Part shown: piece by piece, positions 39,560-53,900 of the stretch
Layout of the letters: every line of letters begins with the position of its first letter
Numbering within the stretch: the stretch's first letter is position 1
Origin: Macrostomum lignano
Lineage: Eukaryota
Reading direction: 5' to 3'
NCBI GenBank assembly: GCA_002269645.1
Contig: NIVC01001410.1
Coordinates: 1 to 64,000 of the forward strand
DNA: 64,000 nt
Position numbers and translations under genes: made by a program
Notes under the pieces: model-generated
The model's database searches: none
Told to the model about the DNA's origin: nothing
Seen by the model: the letters and a program-made list of their open reading frames with translations, nothing else

Positions 39560-40574
39560 TAGTATTTATCGAGAGTCTAGCGCTAATCAATCACATAAAA
39601 GACCCAGTGAGACAGTGACTGAAAAGGATGGCAAGGCAACACAGTCAAGGGCAAGTGAAGCAGGAGCAGGACAGGATTTCCTCTCCGCGTCTATCTGGGG
39701 GCCCGGGCTGTCAGGTTTTAACTCGATTTATCAATATTCGCGCGGTCGCTTCTGCCGCCTCAGGCTCAGGCGGTGCCTGCAGTTCCGCAAACTGCCAGAT
39801 AAGGCGAGACAGGCGGCCGCTCCCAGGGAAAAGTCTGCAGGCGGTTAAGCCTCTATCAAGCACCGGGGCCTCGGCTCAAATTCGAGTCATAAAACAGAAT
39901 ATACAGCTACGGTATATGCAAGCTATCTGGTTGCTACCCAATGTTTTAACTGCAGCCCGTGGCAGTGAAAGCCAATGGGACGGGGCCGCTACAGCGCTTG
40001 CCAGAATGTGAATCGATGCAGCCCAAACTTGGCAGGCAGAGTGCGGTACTCGATATAGAAAAATCAATTCAGTTGCGTAGACGGCAAGCTGGGCAGGACA
40101 TGACAGGGGAGGGAACGAATTTGAAGCAACTGCAGAGCCTAATTTGCCTGAAGATTCACCTGACATGCACGAGGTCCATTAATAGAACTGCAGAAGACAA
40201 AGTTTTTTCTTCATTTTGAACACTTCTGAGTCTGGCAGGAGCGAGGAAGCGCGTTGTGGAAAGAGTGGCACAAAGAAAGCACTGGATTGGCATGTGAAGT
40301 CTTGCCAAATCAAAGCAGTAAGACTCATTGTTCAAATTTGTCAAATCATTTCGGCACAATAAAGGAAGCGAGGAGTCTGACTTTTAATTTTGACTGCGAC
40401 TCCTGTCTATAATGCGAGTTCTTTTATAAATTTAGTTTGCTTTATTTTCACCTCCATTGCCACTGCTGTCACCATAAAAATGGTTACAATTACTGCTTTA
40501 CAGGATTTAATTTCGGTTATGCTCAGCAAAAATGAAAAGAAGTTATAAAGTTTCGCTGGAAAAAACATTCAAAA

Positions 40575-41088
40575 CTGCAGTTTTGTCTATTGGCCCGTAT
40601 GCAGAAAGCTCTGTCTAGGGTAGTGCAAGACAAGGCCAGACTGCAGTTTTGTCTATGGCCCGTATGCAGAAAGCTCTGTCTAGGGTAGTGCAAGACAAGG
40701 CCAGACTGCAGTTTTGTCTATTGGCCCGTATGCAGAAAGCTCTGTCTAGGGTAGTGCAAGACAAGGCCAGACTGCAGTTTTGTCTATTGGCCCGTATGCA
40801 GAAAGCTCTCTCTAGGGTAGTGCAAGACAAGGCCAGACTGCAGTTTTGTCTATGGCCCGTATGCAGAAAGCTCTGTCTAGGGTAGTGCAAGACAAGGCCA
40901 GACTGCAGTTTTGTCTATGGCCCGTATGAATAAAGCTCTGTCTAGGGTAGTGCAAGACAAGGCCAGACTGCAGTTTTTTCTATTGGCCCGTATGCAGAAA
41001 GCTCTGTCTAGGGTAGTGCAAGACAAGGCCAGACTGCAGTTTTGTCTATGGCCCGTATGCAGAAAGCTCTGTCTAGGGTAGTGCAAGG
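40575..41088. repeat. 65-66-bp tandem repeat, ~8 copies
   Basis: CTGCAGTTTTGTCTATTGGCCCGTATGCAGAAAGCTCTGTCTAGGGTAGTGCAAGACAAGGCCAGA. Confidence 0.95.
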
Positions 41089-42241
41089 CAGGACTTGGAT
41101 TCGGTATGCAGAAAGGCGAAGCCATGAGCCAGTCTTACCATAGACAAAACTAGGGTAGCTCAGTCTAGGCTAATCGGTCAACAAGAAGCAAATATTCTGT
41201 TGATTCAGTTCAGTGAGACCTTCGTCAACAACGCGAAATTCTGTGATCGACTGGAGCCACTGCAGCTATGTACCCTCGTATCTTGGTACTGGCACCTTTC
41301 AGCAGAACCTGGCTGGCTTCCGAGGAATCAACCAGAACATTCTGGGAAGAGAGCATTAAATTCGATAATGAGATTTCAGGGACCAAATAAGCAATTTCCG
41401 GACGAATTTGTCAACCGAAAAACTGCCCTTTGTGATGCCTGGCAATTCTTGGAGATTCAGGCTATCTGGTTATCTATCCTCTTCAGAAAATTTCTGTCCA
41501 GTTTGGACCATAGACAACGGGGAATTCCCTAAAAATGACACCAAATTTAGGCGCTCGGTCTAGCCTAGATTACAGATTTTATGCTTACCGATTACAAGAC
41601 CATTACAAGACAGAACTATCCACTCCGGACCAGCTAGTCGGTACTCAGCTCTCTGCATGCGGCCAATATGAGTAGGTTAAATTTATCGGGCCAGTTGTCA
41701 GTCGCTAAGCATAGTTTATTTTTTAATGCCACTAACTTTGTTCAAGCTCGGCCCGATCCCCGAGCTACAAAAACGCCTCATTAAGACCGATCCATTGAGT
41801 GCTGGAGATACTCCATACCTACTGGCTAACGCAATTGTGGCTCCACTTCACCTCCAAGCCGTGGTGGCGCCCAACTCAATACTCAAATTTATTATTAATA
41901 GCAAAGCATCGAATGAGGGCAATTTCAGAGAGAAAATTGAAACAGTTTAAGACTCAATATAAGCCTAGCTACTCCGGGTTAAGTGGGCGTCATGAAACAT
42001 TCATTAAGTTGTGCATCAGCTTTGCTGGGGGGGGGTTGTGAGAAAAGACAGAGGCTGCTCAGGACAGGCGGGAGAATTGTGAGCAGGCTTGCAGGGAAGC
42101 TGCGATGATGCTGGCTGACACAGGCGGCAGACCGTGTATTGATTGACAGGATTAGGAATTAGCAGTCTGGGAACAAGTTGAGAGTCCACGCCTGGGCGCC
42201 TGAGCCAAACAGAGGGCTTTGATCGGTTGGATGAGCCGCGA

Positions 42242-42424
42242 CTAAAAATACCCAGAGAGTGAAATTTCTTGAAGACTCGTGCAGGATGCCTGAAGCTTTT
42301 GTAAGGAGAAGTTGATCAGATAGATAGAGAGAAAGATTTCAGAGTTGGAGCAAAAATTGAGGCCCCGGTAAAGATAGAGGCTTAGACGGACCTGGGAAAA
42401 TTGCCCACAAGACCAATTACACAT
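42242..42424 (-). mobile_element. Possible Penelope-like N-terminal remnant
   Basis: LYRGLNFCSNSEIF resembles the PLE RGLNF motif; short and degenerate. Confidence 0.3.
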
Positions 42425-44524
42425 GAGCGGGAGCGTGAGCAGGGCCTACACGATGCGCGGCTGCGAGAGAAAAAAAGTGAAAAGGCCGAGAGAGAGAGAG
42501 AGAAGGAGCGAAATTAATTTCCCGCTCTTCTATCTCTCTCTGTCCGCGCGCTTCCATCTTGACAGTACCGAGGCTCAGTACTCGGCGAATGATGAGCAAA
42601 GAAAGATGAAGTTAATATCGAGCTCGGCCTTGCTAGCGCCTTCCTGAAGCTGCTGCTGCCCTGGAATGATGAGGCGAGGGCAGCCGCGAGGGCAAAGAAG
42701 GCAGGGGTTTTGCATTCATTCAGGCGGAATGGTAGCGGCTAGACCTCAAGCTCCGCTAAGTCCCTTCCGGATCTCGCGAACCAATTTGCAGACCGCGGCC
42801 CGGATCAGCGGACGCTTTCTGTCTGGTCGCTAGTACTCTAATGCAGATAGCATGCGTCACATGGCATGGCTAAATTCCTACTTATATTAACGTACTAAAT
42901 GCGCAAGTAGGACATATTCGGCTACAGAAGAAGCGTGACAATCAGCTGCCAAAGACTGGCAGCATTTCAGCTTTTAAGTAAGAAAAATTGCCGACTGATT
43001 CAGAGTAGACAGACTCCGATAGAAAGATAAAAATAGCTGTGAGATTCACGCGGGCATGGCAAGAGAAGGGGGCAAGAAAATAAGAAGCATTAATATTTTT
43101 TCTCGCGTTAATGCACTTTGATACTATTAATAACTCAGAGGGAAGACTTGAACAGAAGAGAAAGAAAGGGACTGACAGTCAGGCGTGCTGGTGAGCCAGA
43201 CGGCCCAGATCAATCAATTCCCAGTCAATCGATTGCTAATGGCTTGAGCACGTTGCAGCTCAGGATGAGTGAAATAAGAGAAGGCTTTGGTCCCGGAGCA
43301 GGTGGAGCAGAGCGATTTCTTTTCTATTTAAGGTGTGTCATTCCAGAATCTGTAACGCAGGTCTGTTGTACATACGTGTGTAGCTCATGACATCGTAGCA
43401 GTTCAGGATTTCTCAGAGACAGGTACAAGAATAACTGCATCGCAAACTGAAACTTTCAAGCGAGACAAACCCTCAGGCTTCAAGGAAAATCAAGCAAGTG
43501 AGGGGGTGGAGAGCCGCGCCTCAGAGACAGACCCAGAATGACGCACTGAGCAAAGTTTTTTCAGTTTTACAATGCAGACGAGCTGCAGGGAAGACTGATA
43601 GGGGAGAAGGGGGCGTGGAGTCAGGAGAAAGCAGCGTCTCCTTGACGCAGATCTGAATGAACGCGATCTATGCTGGTCGGGAAAGTTGAAATGAAAGGCA
43701 AATTATGCTAGCAGTAAAAGTGGGTGGCAACTGGGCTGTAAATCGAGAGGCCACTCAACCAGCCGAGAGCCCAATGCGCTGTTTAACAAAGCGAGCGCGT
43801 TGGAAACTCAACGAACAAGTACACCTGTTCTGTCAAAAAATCAACTAGATGTGTCTTCAGCTAAAAATACCTGCTCTAACTTTATAAGCACAGTAAAAAA
43901 ACCGGATCGATAGCTGAAACCCCCCAAGTGCTGGACTGGGCTGCAATGGAAGCCACCTCACACTGGAAGGCTTTGTGGCCATAAAACGTGAGGAAGCGAG
44001 AGAATGTTTAGCCATGACTTTAACCTTGCTGCAGTGCTCAAACACTTTCAGCAAAGTTGAAACAGTTGTAAGTATTAGCTAGAAAACTTGGCTTCCCATA
44101 TAGGAAGACAAAAATGAGTAAAAAGGCAGATCCAAAGACGCTCTAAAGCCAGAACGGTTCAGGCTCTCACGGGCAAGAGTGCTCTGGTATTCGCGGATAT
44201 TTATAATTTATTGGCCAATAATCCGGTGTTGCGGTCAAGATTAGCCGATAAAGTTTGACACTTCCTGCTGGCTGCCGTAGGGGAAGTCGAAACCGCCCCA
44301 GCAACTGAGCAGGGGGAGGATACAGCGGGGGAAAAGTGAAGCGAGAACCAGATGAGGAATCGATCGGATTATTTAGGGCGGGTTGGGAATCGATCTGCGA
44401 CTCGACTATTTGTCAATAGTTGCCGGCGAAATACTCCGGCCTCTTCTGAGCTGTGAACGGATGCTGGATTTGGCCCTGCGAGCAAGCAGCAGCCGCAGGC
44501 TTGGCTTCAAGCTGGGCCGGATGG

Positions 44525-44820
44525 TCAGCCGAGAGCTGTCCTATGTTTGTACACCTATCAGCCGAGAGCTGTCCTATGTTTGTACACCTATCAGCCGAGA
44601 GCTGTCCTATGTTTGTACACCTATCAGCCGAGAGCTGTCCTATGTTTGTACACCTATCAGCCGAGAGCTGTCCTATGTTTGTACACCTATCAGCCGAGAG
44701 CTGTCCTATGTTTGTACACCTATCAGCCGAGAGCTGTCCTATGTTTGTACACCTATCAGCCGAGAGCTGTCCTATGTTTGTACACCTATCAGCCGAGAGC
44801 TGTCCTATGTTTGTACACCT
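44525..44820. repeat. 33-bp tandem repeat, ~9 copies (TCAGCCGAGAGCTGTCCTATGTTTGTACACCTA)
   Basis: Directly visible; 11-aa periodic ORFs. Confidence 0.95.
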
Positions 44821-45229
44821 GTGCGTCCAAGTTTTACTGTAGCTGACCAATCTAGTTAACTCGTATCCAATTAACAGTAAGATTTACAGCCAAGTCTTCA
44901 TAACGACAGAGCACTGCTCAATTCTAGGGACAGACCAAAGCTGGAATTTCGCTTGTGCGATGCTCAGACTGAATGAGACAGCAGGGGTGAACTGGAACTT
45001 AGTGTGCTTTTAAAACTTTAATCTGGTAAATTACACACTTAGCTGTGCACTGATTTGAGCAATCTGTGGCTCGAAGAATAACTGGCCAATAAATTCAATG
45101 CAAAATAAACAAACAGTTTGCCATTGCACCAATGCCAATCTGAGTCAGTCATTTGATATATTTATATGTTATTTAATAATGATCTCTGAAAATTCGGGTA
45201 CAAAAGCCGCAAGTACATAAATAGCTATT

Positions 45230-45600
45230 GAAAAGTAAATAGTAATTCTTTATAGAAACGGCAATCAATTAGTAACCAAGAATTTACAGACACAATTATG
45301 TTTAAGACTGCATCTGGATAGCCGCGCGGATACAGAGGAGATTTAGCCATCATCAGAGTCAGAAGTTTGATTGCAGCAAGCGGATTTTCGTAAGCAGGTA
45401 AAACATGACAAAATAATCGTTTCTCGGAGATTCCAAAACCGATGCCAAAATTTCCTGCACAGACTTTCCGCTCTCCGTGATGCAAATTCGCGATTAAAGA
45501 CACAACGGCTTGCATGAGCACTTGACAATAATGACATGAGCACACGCGGTCTAAAAGTAAATCTGAGCAGGTTTCCATCACGAAAGAATCGGGAGACTAA
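45230..45600 (-). mobile_element. Possible Penelope-like RT thumb remnant
   Basis: DGNLLRFTFRPRVLMSLLSSAHASRCVF and, after a frameshift, LYPRGYPDAVL resemble the PLE S.HP and RGYP motifs. Confidence 0.35.
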
Positions 45601-46134
45601 AATATGGTTAGACGATTGTTAAATCTTGAAAAATACCCAGATCACAGACAAGTCCGGAGTTCGTGCCCCAAGAATAATTCCTTTTTTAGAAGCCGGCCAA
45701 AATTGAGCAAGTATAGCAAAATAGACAGAATTAGGAAAGAAGCGGAGTGATTCGTGACCGGGCGCAGGGGCTTCAGGAATTCGCCCTACAGAATACCGTG
45801 GGTTTTCCATACGCGCGAAGGAAGGCTGCGATAATCCAAAAAAATGTGGGGGCGGTCTCTGGCCAACGCCCCAGGCAACCAGTCCAACTTTGTGCAGCAG
45901 TCCACGGGTAACTTATAGGCACAGAGTAGTTGATCCGCGGTGAACGCGGAAGGAGCAGCAGAAGGGACTAGACAAACTGAATATTATGCGCCTGAGATGG
46001 CGCTTTGTATAGTTGACAATAAGAGAGCGAAGCTGGGTTGACAAAGGCTGCTTTTGAGAGGGAGGTGGCGGCTATCTCAGTTACTGCTCAGTAGGAGCAA
46101 TTTGTCCAAATGATAAAGAGCACTTTGAGAGATC

Positions 46135-46278
<144 letters not shown>

Positions 46279-46934
46279 CAGACACACGAACAACCTAGTC
46301 CCCAGCATAGATCCTAAAATGCAGTCACCCTCAAAGCCTGTTTATATCAAAAACTGGCAAGTCCGCCCAGCGCAAAGAATTCCCAGCAGACAGAGGAGCA
46401 CAGTGAGGCGGGAAATGAGACAACCATGCGGATGAAAGCTGCTAGAAGACAGGCGAGCTCCCTGATCCCACCTGAGCGGCAGCCGGCACCCGGGCGAGAT
46501 GATGCTAGAAAACAAGATTCCGCTATTAAGCCTCCAATAAGCCTCTGCAGGACAAACAAATACACAACGAACCGCGAAGAGCACAGAGTAAAGGAAAAAG
46601 CAAGAGAAAAGCCGGAGGTGCTGAGTTCCAGGCACGGTTTAGTTTTTGTTATAAAAAAAACACACACGAGGAGAAAGTGCCGCATCAAGCTGCATCAAAA
46701 GCTTTTCACAAGTTAGAAGCGAATGACAGAAAATAATAATAAAAATAAATATGTAAACAGGTGAGAGAATTGAATTTACCGCGATTCCCCAGCAACAGCA
46801 CACTGTTTCTAAGCAAAATGACATTAGATGCTTGTACTAGAATTACAAAAGTGGACTTAGGAGTTTGATTGGCTTAAGCCAGTGGCAGATGCGGCGGAAC
46901 TTACTGCACTACTTGTTTGTACTTTATGGAGAAT

Positions 46935-47195
46935 ACAAGCTCACTGAAGGACCGGAAGTAGAGAATAGAAGCTCACTGAAGGACCGGAAGTAGAGAATAG
47001 AAGCTCACTGAGGGACCAGAAGTAGAGAATAGAAGCTCACTGAAGGACCGGAAGTAGAGAATAGAAGCTCACTGAGGGACCAGAAGTAGAGAATAGAAGC
47101 TCACTGAGGGACCAGAAGTAGAGAATAGAAGCTCACGGAAGGACCGGAAGTAGATAATAGAAGCTCACTGAAGGACCGGAAGTAGAGAAAAGAGG
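46935..47195. repeat. 32-bp tandem repeat (GAAGCTCACTGAAGGACCGGAAGTAGAGAATA)n
   Basis: About 8 visible copies downstream of the MyTH4-FERM stop. Confidence 0.92.
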
Positions 47196-47505
47196 TTCAC
47201 TAAAGAACTTAAAGACAGAGGGAAGGTGTGAGCTTCTATTATCTAATTAGTGGTTAAAATGTTCGGAATTAGTGGTTATGACCGGAATTAGTGGTTAAAA
47301 TGTCTCTTAAAGCCTAGTAAATTATTAGGGTTGATAAAAATGGCATTTAGTTACAAAAACAGACAATATTAAGTGGCATCTGTCGCTGGCTTGAGGTTGA
47401 ACATGGAACTAGAATGGAGAAATGACGGATTAATCAGCTGCGGTAAATCTTCAGTTTATACACTCACACGCACTCGGAGGTTAGGAGCGGTGAATTATGG
47501 CATTT

Positions 47506-47780
47506 TTACAACTGAGTTTCTAATCTTCGCTGATTAGAAGAGGCCGCAGCCGTTTTCCTAGACACGTGAGCAGTCCGGGGAGTCGAGGCCGCGACCGCGG
47601 CTGCAGCCGATGAGCTGTGATTGCCGAGGCAGTCGGAAGCTGCTGCGGCGGCGGCCACTTCGTCGGAGGATGCTACGACGCCGCTTCGAGCTCGATGGAT
47701 GGGGCGCGGGCTGCTGGCTAGGGAGGCTGAGCACGAGTTCGAGTTGACTCGAGTCTGCTGTTGCTGGGATTGGCAGTTGG

Positions 47781-47817
<37 letters not shown>

Positions 47818-50800
47818 AGCTCTCCGTCTGCCGCTGCTGGCCAGAGACGAGGACCTGGCAAGGCTGGCGGGCAGCAGTCGCAGCTGCATCATGTAGTCCC
47901 GGATAAGGTAAGCCATCTGAGTGGCCTGCTTTGAGTACAGTGACAGGCGCCGGCCCTCCGGCAGCAGCTGCAGACACAGCAGGTAGCGGCTCTCGGTGCA
48001 GAAGCTCTGCAGCGCGGAGAAGCCCCAGGACAGATAGGGATCCTGGCGCAGGTCGGAGCTGAGCAGGTGCAGGCCGGACTCGCCGATGGCCAGCACGCAG
48101 GACTCGAGCTGAAGCTGCTGCGACTGCTGCGGCGGGTCCGGGCAGTTGACTCGGACTTCGAACAGGGCACAGCCGAATAGCGGCCAGGAGTTTGAGCAGG
48201 CGTCAATGAATAAAAGATTCAGCTCGTGCTGCCTCTCGGCTTCAGTCAGCTGGTGCTGAGGCTGATGAGGCGAGTTCTGGAGGCTGGACAAATGCTGGGC
48301 AGCGATAGCCGCGACTTCATCCGGGTTCACCTGAGTTCAATGGAGGGTTTACAGGCGGTTTTCGGATGTTCTGAGAGGACACCAGGATGTCAAACTGGAG
48401 TCTGCGAAACCACAACTCAATCAGCTGATTACATACGAGTATACGGTCATACTTAGGCGTACTCTGAACAGTCATTGACCGGAAATCACGACTGAATTCT
48501 AAGAAATTACACTTAATAGGTCAACGAATATAGAACGTCGCACTGCATTCTAGGAAATCACCCAACTGATGTTTGCAGGAAGCTGCGGGCGCTGCGGCAA
48601 GTCAAAGCGACAGTGGATCCGCTGCAGTCAGGCCCATTGCGCTGGCCCCTGAGCACGCAGAGGCATACAGATACACGCTCACGCAGAGAGTCCATTGACT
48701 CAGATACCACATACAATAACTACAATAGATGGGTCACTCAGCACATTTGCGTGCAACCTACTTTCAGTTCAGTAGTAAGTTAAACTGAAGCATTTTAATG
48801 TACTTTTAAAGACAAGGCTCATTTATTGGCTCTTACCCCAAGCTTAAACCCTCAAACTCCACACAGAACCTCTTACCCCCGCCACGCCACCCAATTTTTA
48901 TTGCCTTCCTCGGAATTCTAGTCTAAAGCAGCCATGTACATTTCAGCGGACTGGCTAATGTACATTATTGCTAAACCAATAAGAAAGTTGTTTACGCCTG
49001 CAAGCTTGGGGGCTTCTATACTCATCAGTCATCACTCAGCTGCCTTTATTCTTACAAAATAGCTTATGTATTCTTCCTTGCTACTGAACTGAAAGTAGAA
49101 AGCTGTTTTGCTAAGTATATATATGCCTGAGTGGCCTATCTAGTTATTTATAGTATCTGTGATTGACTCTTGACCGCATTCTAAGAAATAAAGCCTATTA
49201 GTAGAAATTCTAAGTCTAGAAGTTTAACAGCCAAGTTTAACGATGCTTCGCTTACCTGATCGCGCCAGGACCGAGGCAGGATGCGCAGGACCGCCGACGG
49301 CGGGCTGGCGGCTTCGCTGGCCGCCCGAATGCCGCAGAGTTCGCGGGCGAGCGCCGGGTCCAGCGGTAGGCGGCCCTCGAACACGTCCGTCATGCACTGG
49401 TGCGCCAGCAGCGCCGACTCCACGTGGTCGGTCCGGCTAACAAACGGGCGAATAAAAATTCGCTTCTTACAGACGAGCCGCAACTGCTGCTGGTGCTGCT
49501 GGTGCTGATGGTGATGGTGGTGATGGTGCGAGGCCGCGGGAGCCGCGCTGAGCTGGGCGTACTGCTCCCACTTGAACAGCACGTCGCCAATGTAGTCGCT
49601 GGGGTTGGTGTACCGCTCCATGACGCCGTACTGCTCGAACAGGGCCCAGCCGACCGCGGCAGGCCCCGCCAAGGGCACCTTGGCCAGCAGTGCCGTCAGC
49701 GCCTCCTCGCCTGTCAGATGCGGGTGAAACTCCAGCTGCCGATGGTCGCCGTTCAGCAGGTGGACGGACACGGTGGCCGGGCCGCGCCGGAATATCGCCA
49801 ACAACTCGCTAGCGGAGGGAGGAAATCGGCGCCTCGCGCGCTGCTGCTGCCACTGGGTGGCGCGCTGCAAGCAGCGCAAGCAAAACTGCGCGTAGCGGCC
49901 CTCATCGGTGAGGGTGTCCAAAGCTGCCCTGTTCAGGTGGCTGCGCAGGTAGGCCAGCACTTGGGGCGCTGGCGGCGGCGTCAGGGCGCACAGGGCGCAG
50001 AGCAGCTGGTAGGAGCGCTCCGAGTGGGCGTCCAGCTCAGAGCCGGAGTCCGCGCCGCCGCCGACCATCCCGATGCCGCCAACTCCGGATCCACCGCCGC
50101 TACCGCCGCCACCGCCGCCACTGCCCCCTCCGGTGCCGACGCAGTCTGGCCAGCAGGTCTGTTTGATGAGCAGCAGGCAGAGCTCGTTGCATAGCTGGCC
50201 GCTCTCCAGGCACTTCTGCAGCAGAGCCTGGGCGGTGCGCAGCACCACGGAGTCTTCCAGCGAGTCGGCGGATTCGACCAGCTGCACGGAGGCGGAGAAT
50301 TTGCAGGCGGTGGCGAATTGCTGCGCGTCCGGGTGCAGCAGCAGCGGCTGCTGCTTGCCGCCGCCTCCGCCTCGGCCCGAGGGGCCGCCGTTACCGCCGC
50401 CTCCGCCGCTAACACTGACGCCGCTGACGAGGCCGCCGCCGCCGCCGGAGCGAGCCCAATAGCTGGGCCGAAAATAGGACGGATCGGAGCAGCCTCGTGT
50501 CGGTTGGTGCTGCTGCTGTTGTTGCTGCTGCTGCTGTTGCTTGGCCTTGCTGGTGAAAACGCGCAGAGTGGAGCGCAGCAGCGAGTGCTCCGGCTGGGGT
50601 GGCTTGGCCAGCAGGCCGGAGGCTACCAGCTCGCGTCTGCAGCGGTCCGCCTCCTCGGCCAGGCGATGCCGGTCGGCCTCGGTGGTGGCCACTCGCTGGA
50701 GCAGCAGCTGGTTGGCCTGGCGCAGGATGCTGCTGGTGCTGGCCGAGCCGGCAGTTCCCTGTTGCTGCTGCTGGTTGCCTGGCAACGGAGTGGCCGGTCC

Positions 50801-50938
50801 GTCGCCGGCAGAGTTGGCGGTGTGATTTCCGCTGTTGTTGTTTTTGTTGCCGCTGACACTGTTGACGCAGTTGCTGCTGTTGGCGTTGGCGTGGACGCTG
50901 CGGTGACCGCCGCCGCCCCCGCCGCCGCCGCTAGCCAT
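47506..50938 (-). CDS. MyTH4-FERM protein (unconventional myosin-tail type); exons 50938-49256 and 48330-47506; ~835 aa if the ATG at 50938 is the start
   Basis: MyTH4: LCNELCLLLIKQT...SYQLLCALC...LAYLRSHL...EGRYAQFC...RRFPPSASEL. FERM: VSVHLLNGDHRQLEFHP, WALFE, IGDVLFKWEQY, LVCKKRIF, WPLFGCALFEV, LAIGESGLHLL. Donor CAG|GTAAGC and acceptor CAG|GTG are both phase 0. Confidence 0.88.
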
Positions 50939-53900
50939 GCGGCCGTGGGTCAACGGCGGCGCCCCGGCCGTGGGTCAACTGCGGCGCCCGGCTGGGTGTC
51001 CGCTCTCAGAGCTGCGAGCTCGCTTGCTAGGGCATCGGAGCCGCTCAGCAGCGGACAGCCGGGCATTTGGCAGTGAAGCCGGGCACGGCCCGGACAGCCG
51101 CTCCAACCTGGTCGTCCAGTTCGATGCTGCGCCGATTGTGGAAGTTGCGTACCGGGGAAAACCTTGACAGTCTTGGGGATCCGGGATGAGAAAGTTGTTA
51201 CCGCCGCTGCCGGTGCAGAATCAGCGTCGCTGCAATACCAAACAAATTCGCGAGCATGTTGAAACTATAGTTGGCTGGCAGTAGGCCAACGCACAGCAGG
51301 CTAAAAGTGAGGTCCACTGATTCCAGCACGCGCTTCCTGACTGGCTGCGCACTTACGAGAGAGAGAGAGCACGTTCTGCGCTTCTCAATTACACACGCTT
51401 GGCTCACGCTGCGCTGCTTGACTCTCTCTCTCTATCTCTGCCGAGTGCAGGCCTGCGATTGCAACTAAAGGCTGAAGACTAGGCGGTCTAGGCGGCGACG
51501 CGGATGGGGTGGGGTCCATTTAACACATGCTGCTTGAGAGAGAGAGAGAGAAGAGAGGCCAACCCGGAGAGGGGCGGGAATGGAAAACATAATTTTCGGA
51601 CGCAGGAAAGGGGGTGGGGCGGATGCGGCACAGCATCTGCAGAACTGAAGGAAGCGAGTGAGAAAGGGAGAGAGGTAGGGAAATAGGGATGGAACGAAGG
51701 CAAAGAATAAAGTGAACTAGAGGAACAGCCATACTAAAGGAAATTCCCTATCCAAGAATCTGTCCCAATGGCAGAGACTGGGCCTTCAGAGCAGCCAATG
51801 GCAGAGTAGCCTGCGAGGCACACCCTCGGGATTCTGTACCTCCCCGCCTCTCTTGCCCCTAACCTTCAGGGAAGAAGGCGAAGCACCAAGGCAGCCGCCC
51901 AAGGAGGGAGAGAAGGAGAGAGGGAGGGCTGGGGGAGCAGAAGACCAAGGAGGGATGATGGTGTATAGTGTGTGAAGCGGTTGGGGACTGACTGAGCCGG
52001 GGTACACCGCCGGAGCCCCCTATCTCTCCTCTCTCTCTCTCTCTCTGGCTCGGCCTTTCCCAGGCACTCAGTTGATTTGGGCTCCTAGAGCAGCATTAAC
52101 TGCTTCCCTCTCTGTGAGATTCAACTCCCAAAAAATACTCAATCCCACACACCGCGCCTCTCCCCGTATGCACTCCAAGCCAGCATCAAAGCCATTCCCA
52201 GGCATCCAAAATGCAAACCGCTTGCTTAACTGGCTGCCAAAAATCCAGGTTGAAATTTTCAGCTCTGAGAGACCAAAGAAGCTCGAGCTCTGTTAAAAAT
52301 AACCACCCGCACTGCTGGTTGCTGCAGTTGGGCTGCTCTCAGAAACGGGAATGCGCGAGGGATATTTTTGAAATTCAATTAGATAAAAAAACGATGCAGT
52401 CCAGTAGACAGCACTAATACTCGAATTAGCCTGCAAAGCTCTTTTAAAAATATTAATTTGGTTACCACTATCCTTGAAAATCCTTGAAAAATCCAGGAAG
52501 TCAGAAATGACAACACAAGAATTGAAAATATAAAAAAATAAAATGCTACAAGGTAGCTGTCTTAGCATGTCAATTATCAATTGGATAAAAAGTTTTGTCT
52601 ACCATGGTATGTCTTCTTTAATAAATCTTAGTCCTTGGTACAGAGTTCATAAACAATTCCTGTCTTACCTACTATATATCTTTAAATACCGAATTATTTG
52701 TGCCTATTTTCTGAATCTTTCTCTGGATATATTTTGATTTCTATAATATCATTTTAATATATATTTTAATAAATCATAGAATCTGATTGATAGGCCCTTC
52801 TAATAAATTTCTATTATATACCTACATAAAATATATAATACTAATGGCAAAACAGCAGTGCTTCTTATACTTCTGTAATATCATTATTGTAACAAGCTAT
52901 TAAATAAAATCAGTGTTAATTTTGCTTTTTGAACTAATCAAGCAGTTTTTGGCTAGACAGAATTATATATCTGAATCTAATCTAATATCAAATATTCTAA
53001 TATATATATACACATTATATACACATTATGTGTATATATATATATGTATATATAGGTTATATACATATGAATTGTTTAAAAGCTGTATTTGTATATTTTA
53101 TTCAATAGTATGGATGTTTAAAGTAAAAAACATTTGTTTTTTTACCAATGTGGGCACTATAGGAACAAAATACTGATCTGTAGTGTAGCTCAATTGCGAT
53201 CATTATATAATGGTAAGAGTATGATTATGACTAATTACACACAGTATTTGAAGTTCATGGACACATTTCAACATTTTATAAAGCATTCTGAATACAAATA
53301 TTCTAACTTTTTAGGGTGATTATTACTTTTGAGGAATAGTTTCCTGTTTTAAGAATTTAAAATTATGTTTAGGGTGATTATATTAAAATTAAGTTATATT
53401 TTACTTTATACGGCATAATGCTTCAAGACGGTTATACGATATGGTATGGTACCACGAAAAACTAGATGTTCATTGAATAATTCAATCAGAAATTTTAGGT
53501 CAGTGTTTAGAATTAACTGTTGAAATACCTTTGAAAATTAATTAATTTTGAAAGCCAGTTGATTTTATTCGAGCCTCTTAAAAAGCAACTGTTTTTTTTC
53601 AAGTAACATGTCCATGATTGATAAAGTTAAGCAGTATCTTGTTGATCTAACTGAGTAACCGCTGGTTCGCTAGTGCAAAATTCAATTGTTTTTGCAAAAC
53701 CTAAAAATGTTCTTATATAAAAACCGTGTTAAAATACTGTATACGTTTTTTAGTGCTCTAACGACTAAAACCTTTCTGTGTAATCAAACTTTTAAGAAAA
53801 TACTACCTTTCTAATTAACTGTATGATATTTTATTTTTCTTGTTATAACTCACATAAATCCGTAGGTTTGCGATATCATTTTACATCAGATTTGGTGTTG

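Noticed and set aside
48985-49035. CTGATGAG on the minus strand as a hammerhead ribozyme
   Set aside because: No GAAA core at a suitable distance and no convincing stems.
49243-51076. Several plus-strand ORFs of 65-264 aa
   Set aside because: Antisense shadows of the GC-rich MyTH4-FERM exon.
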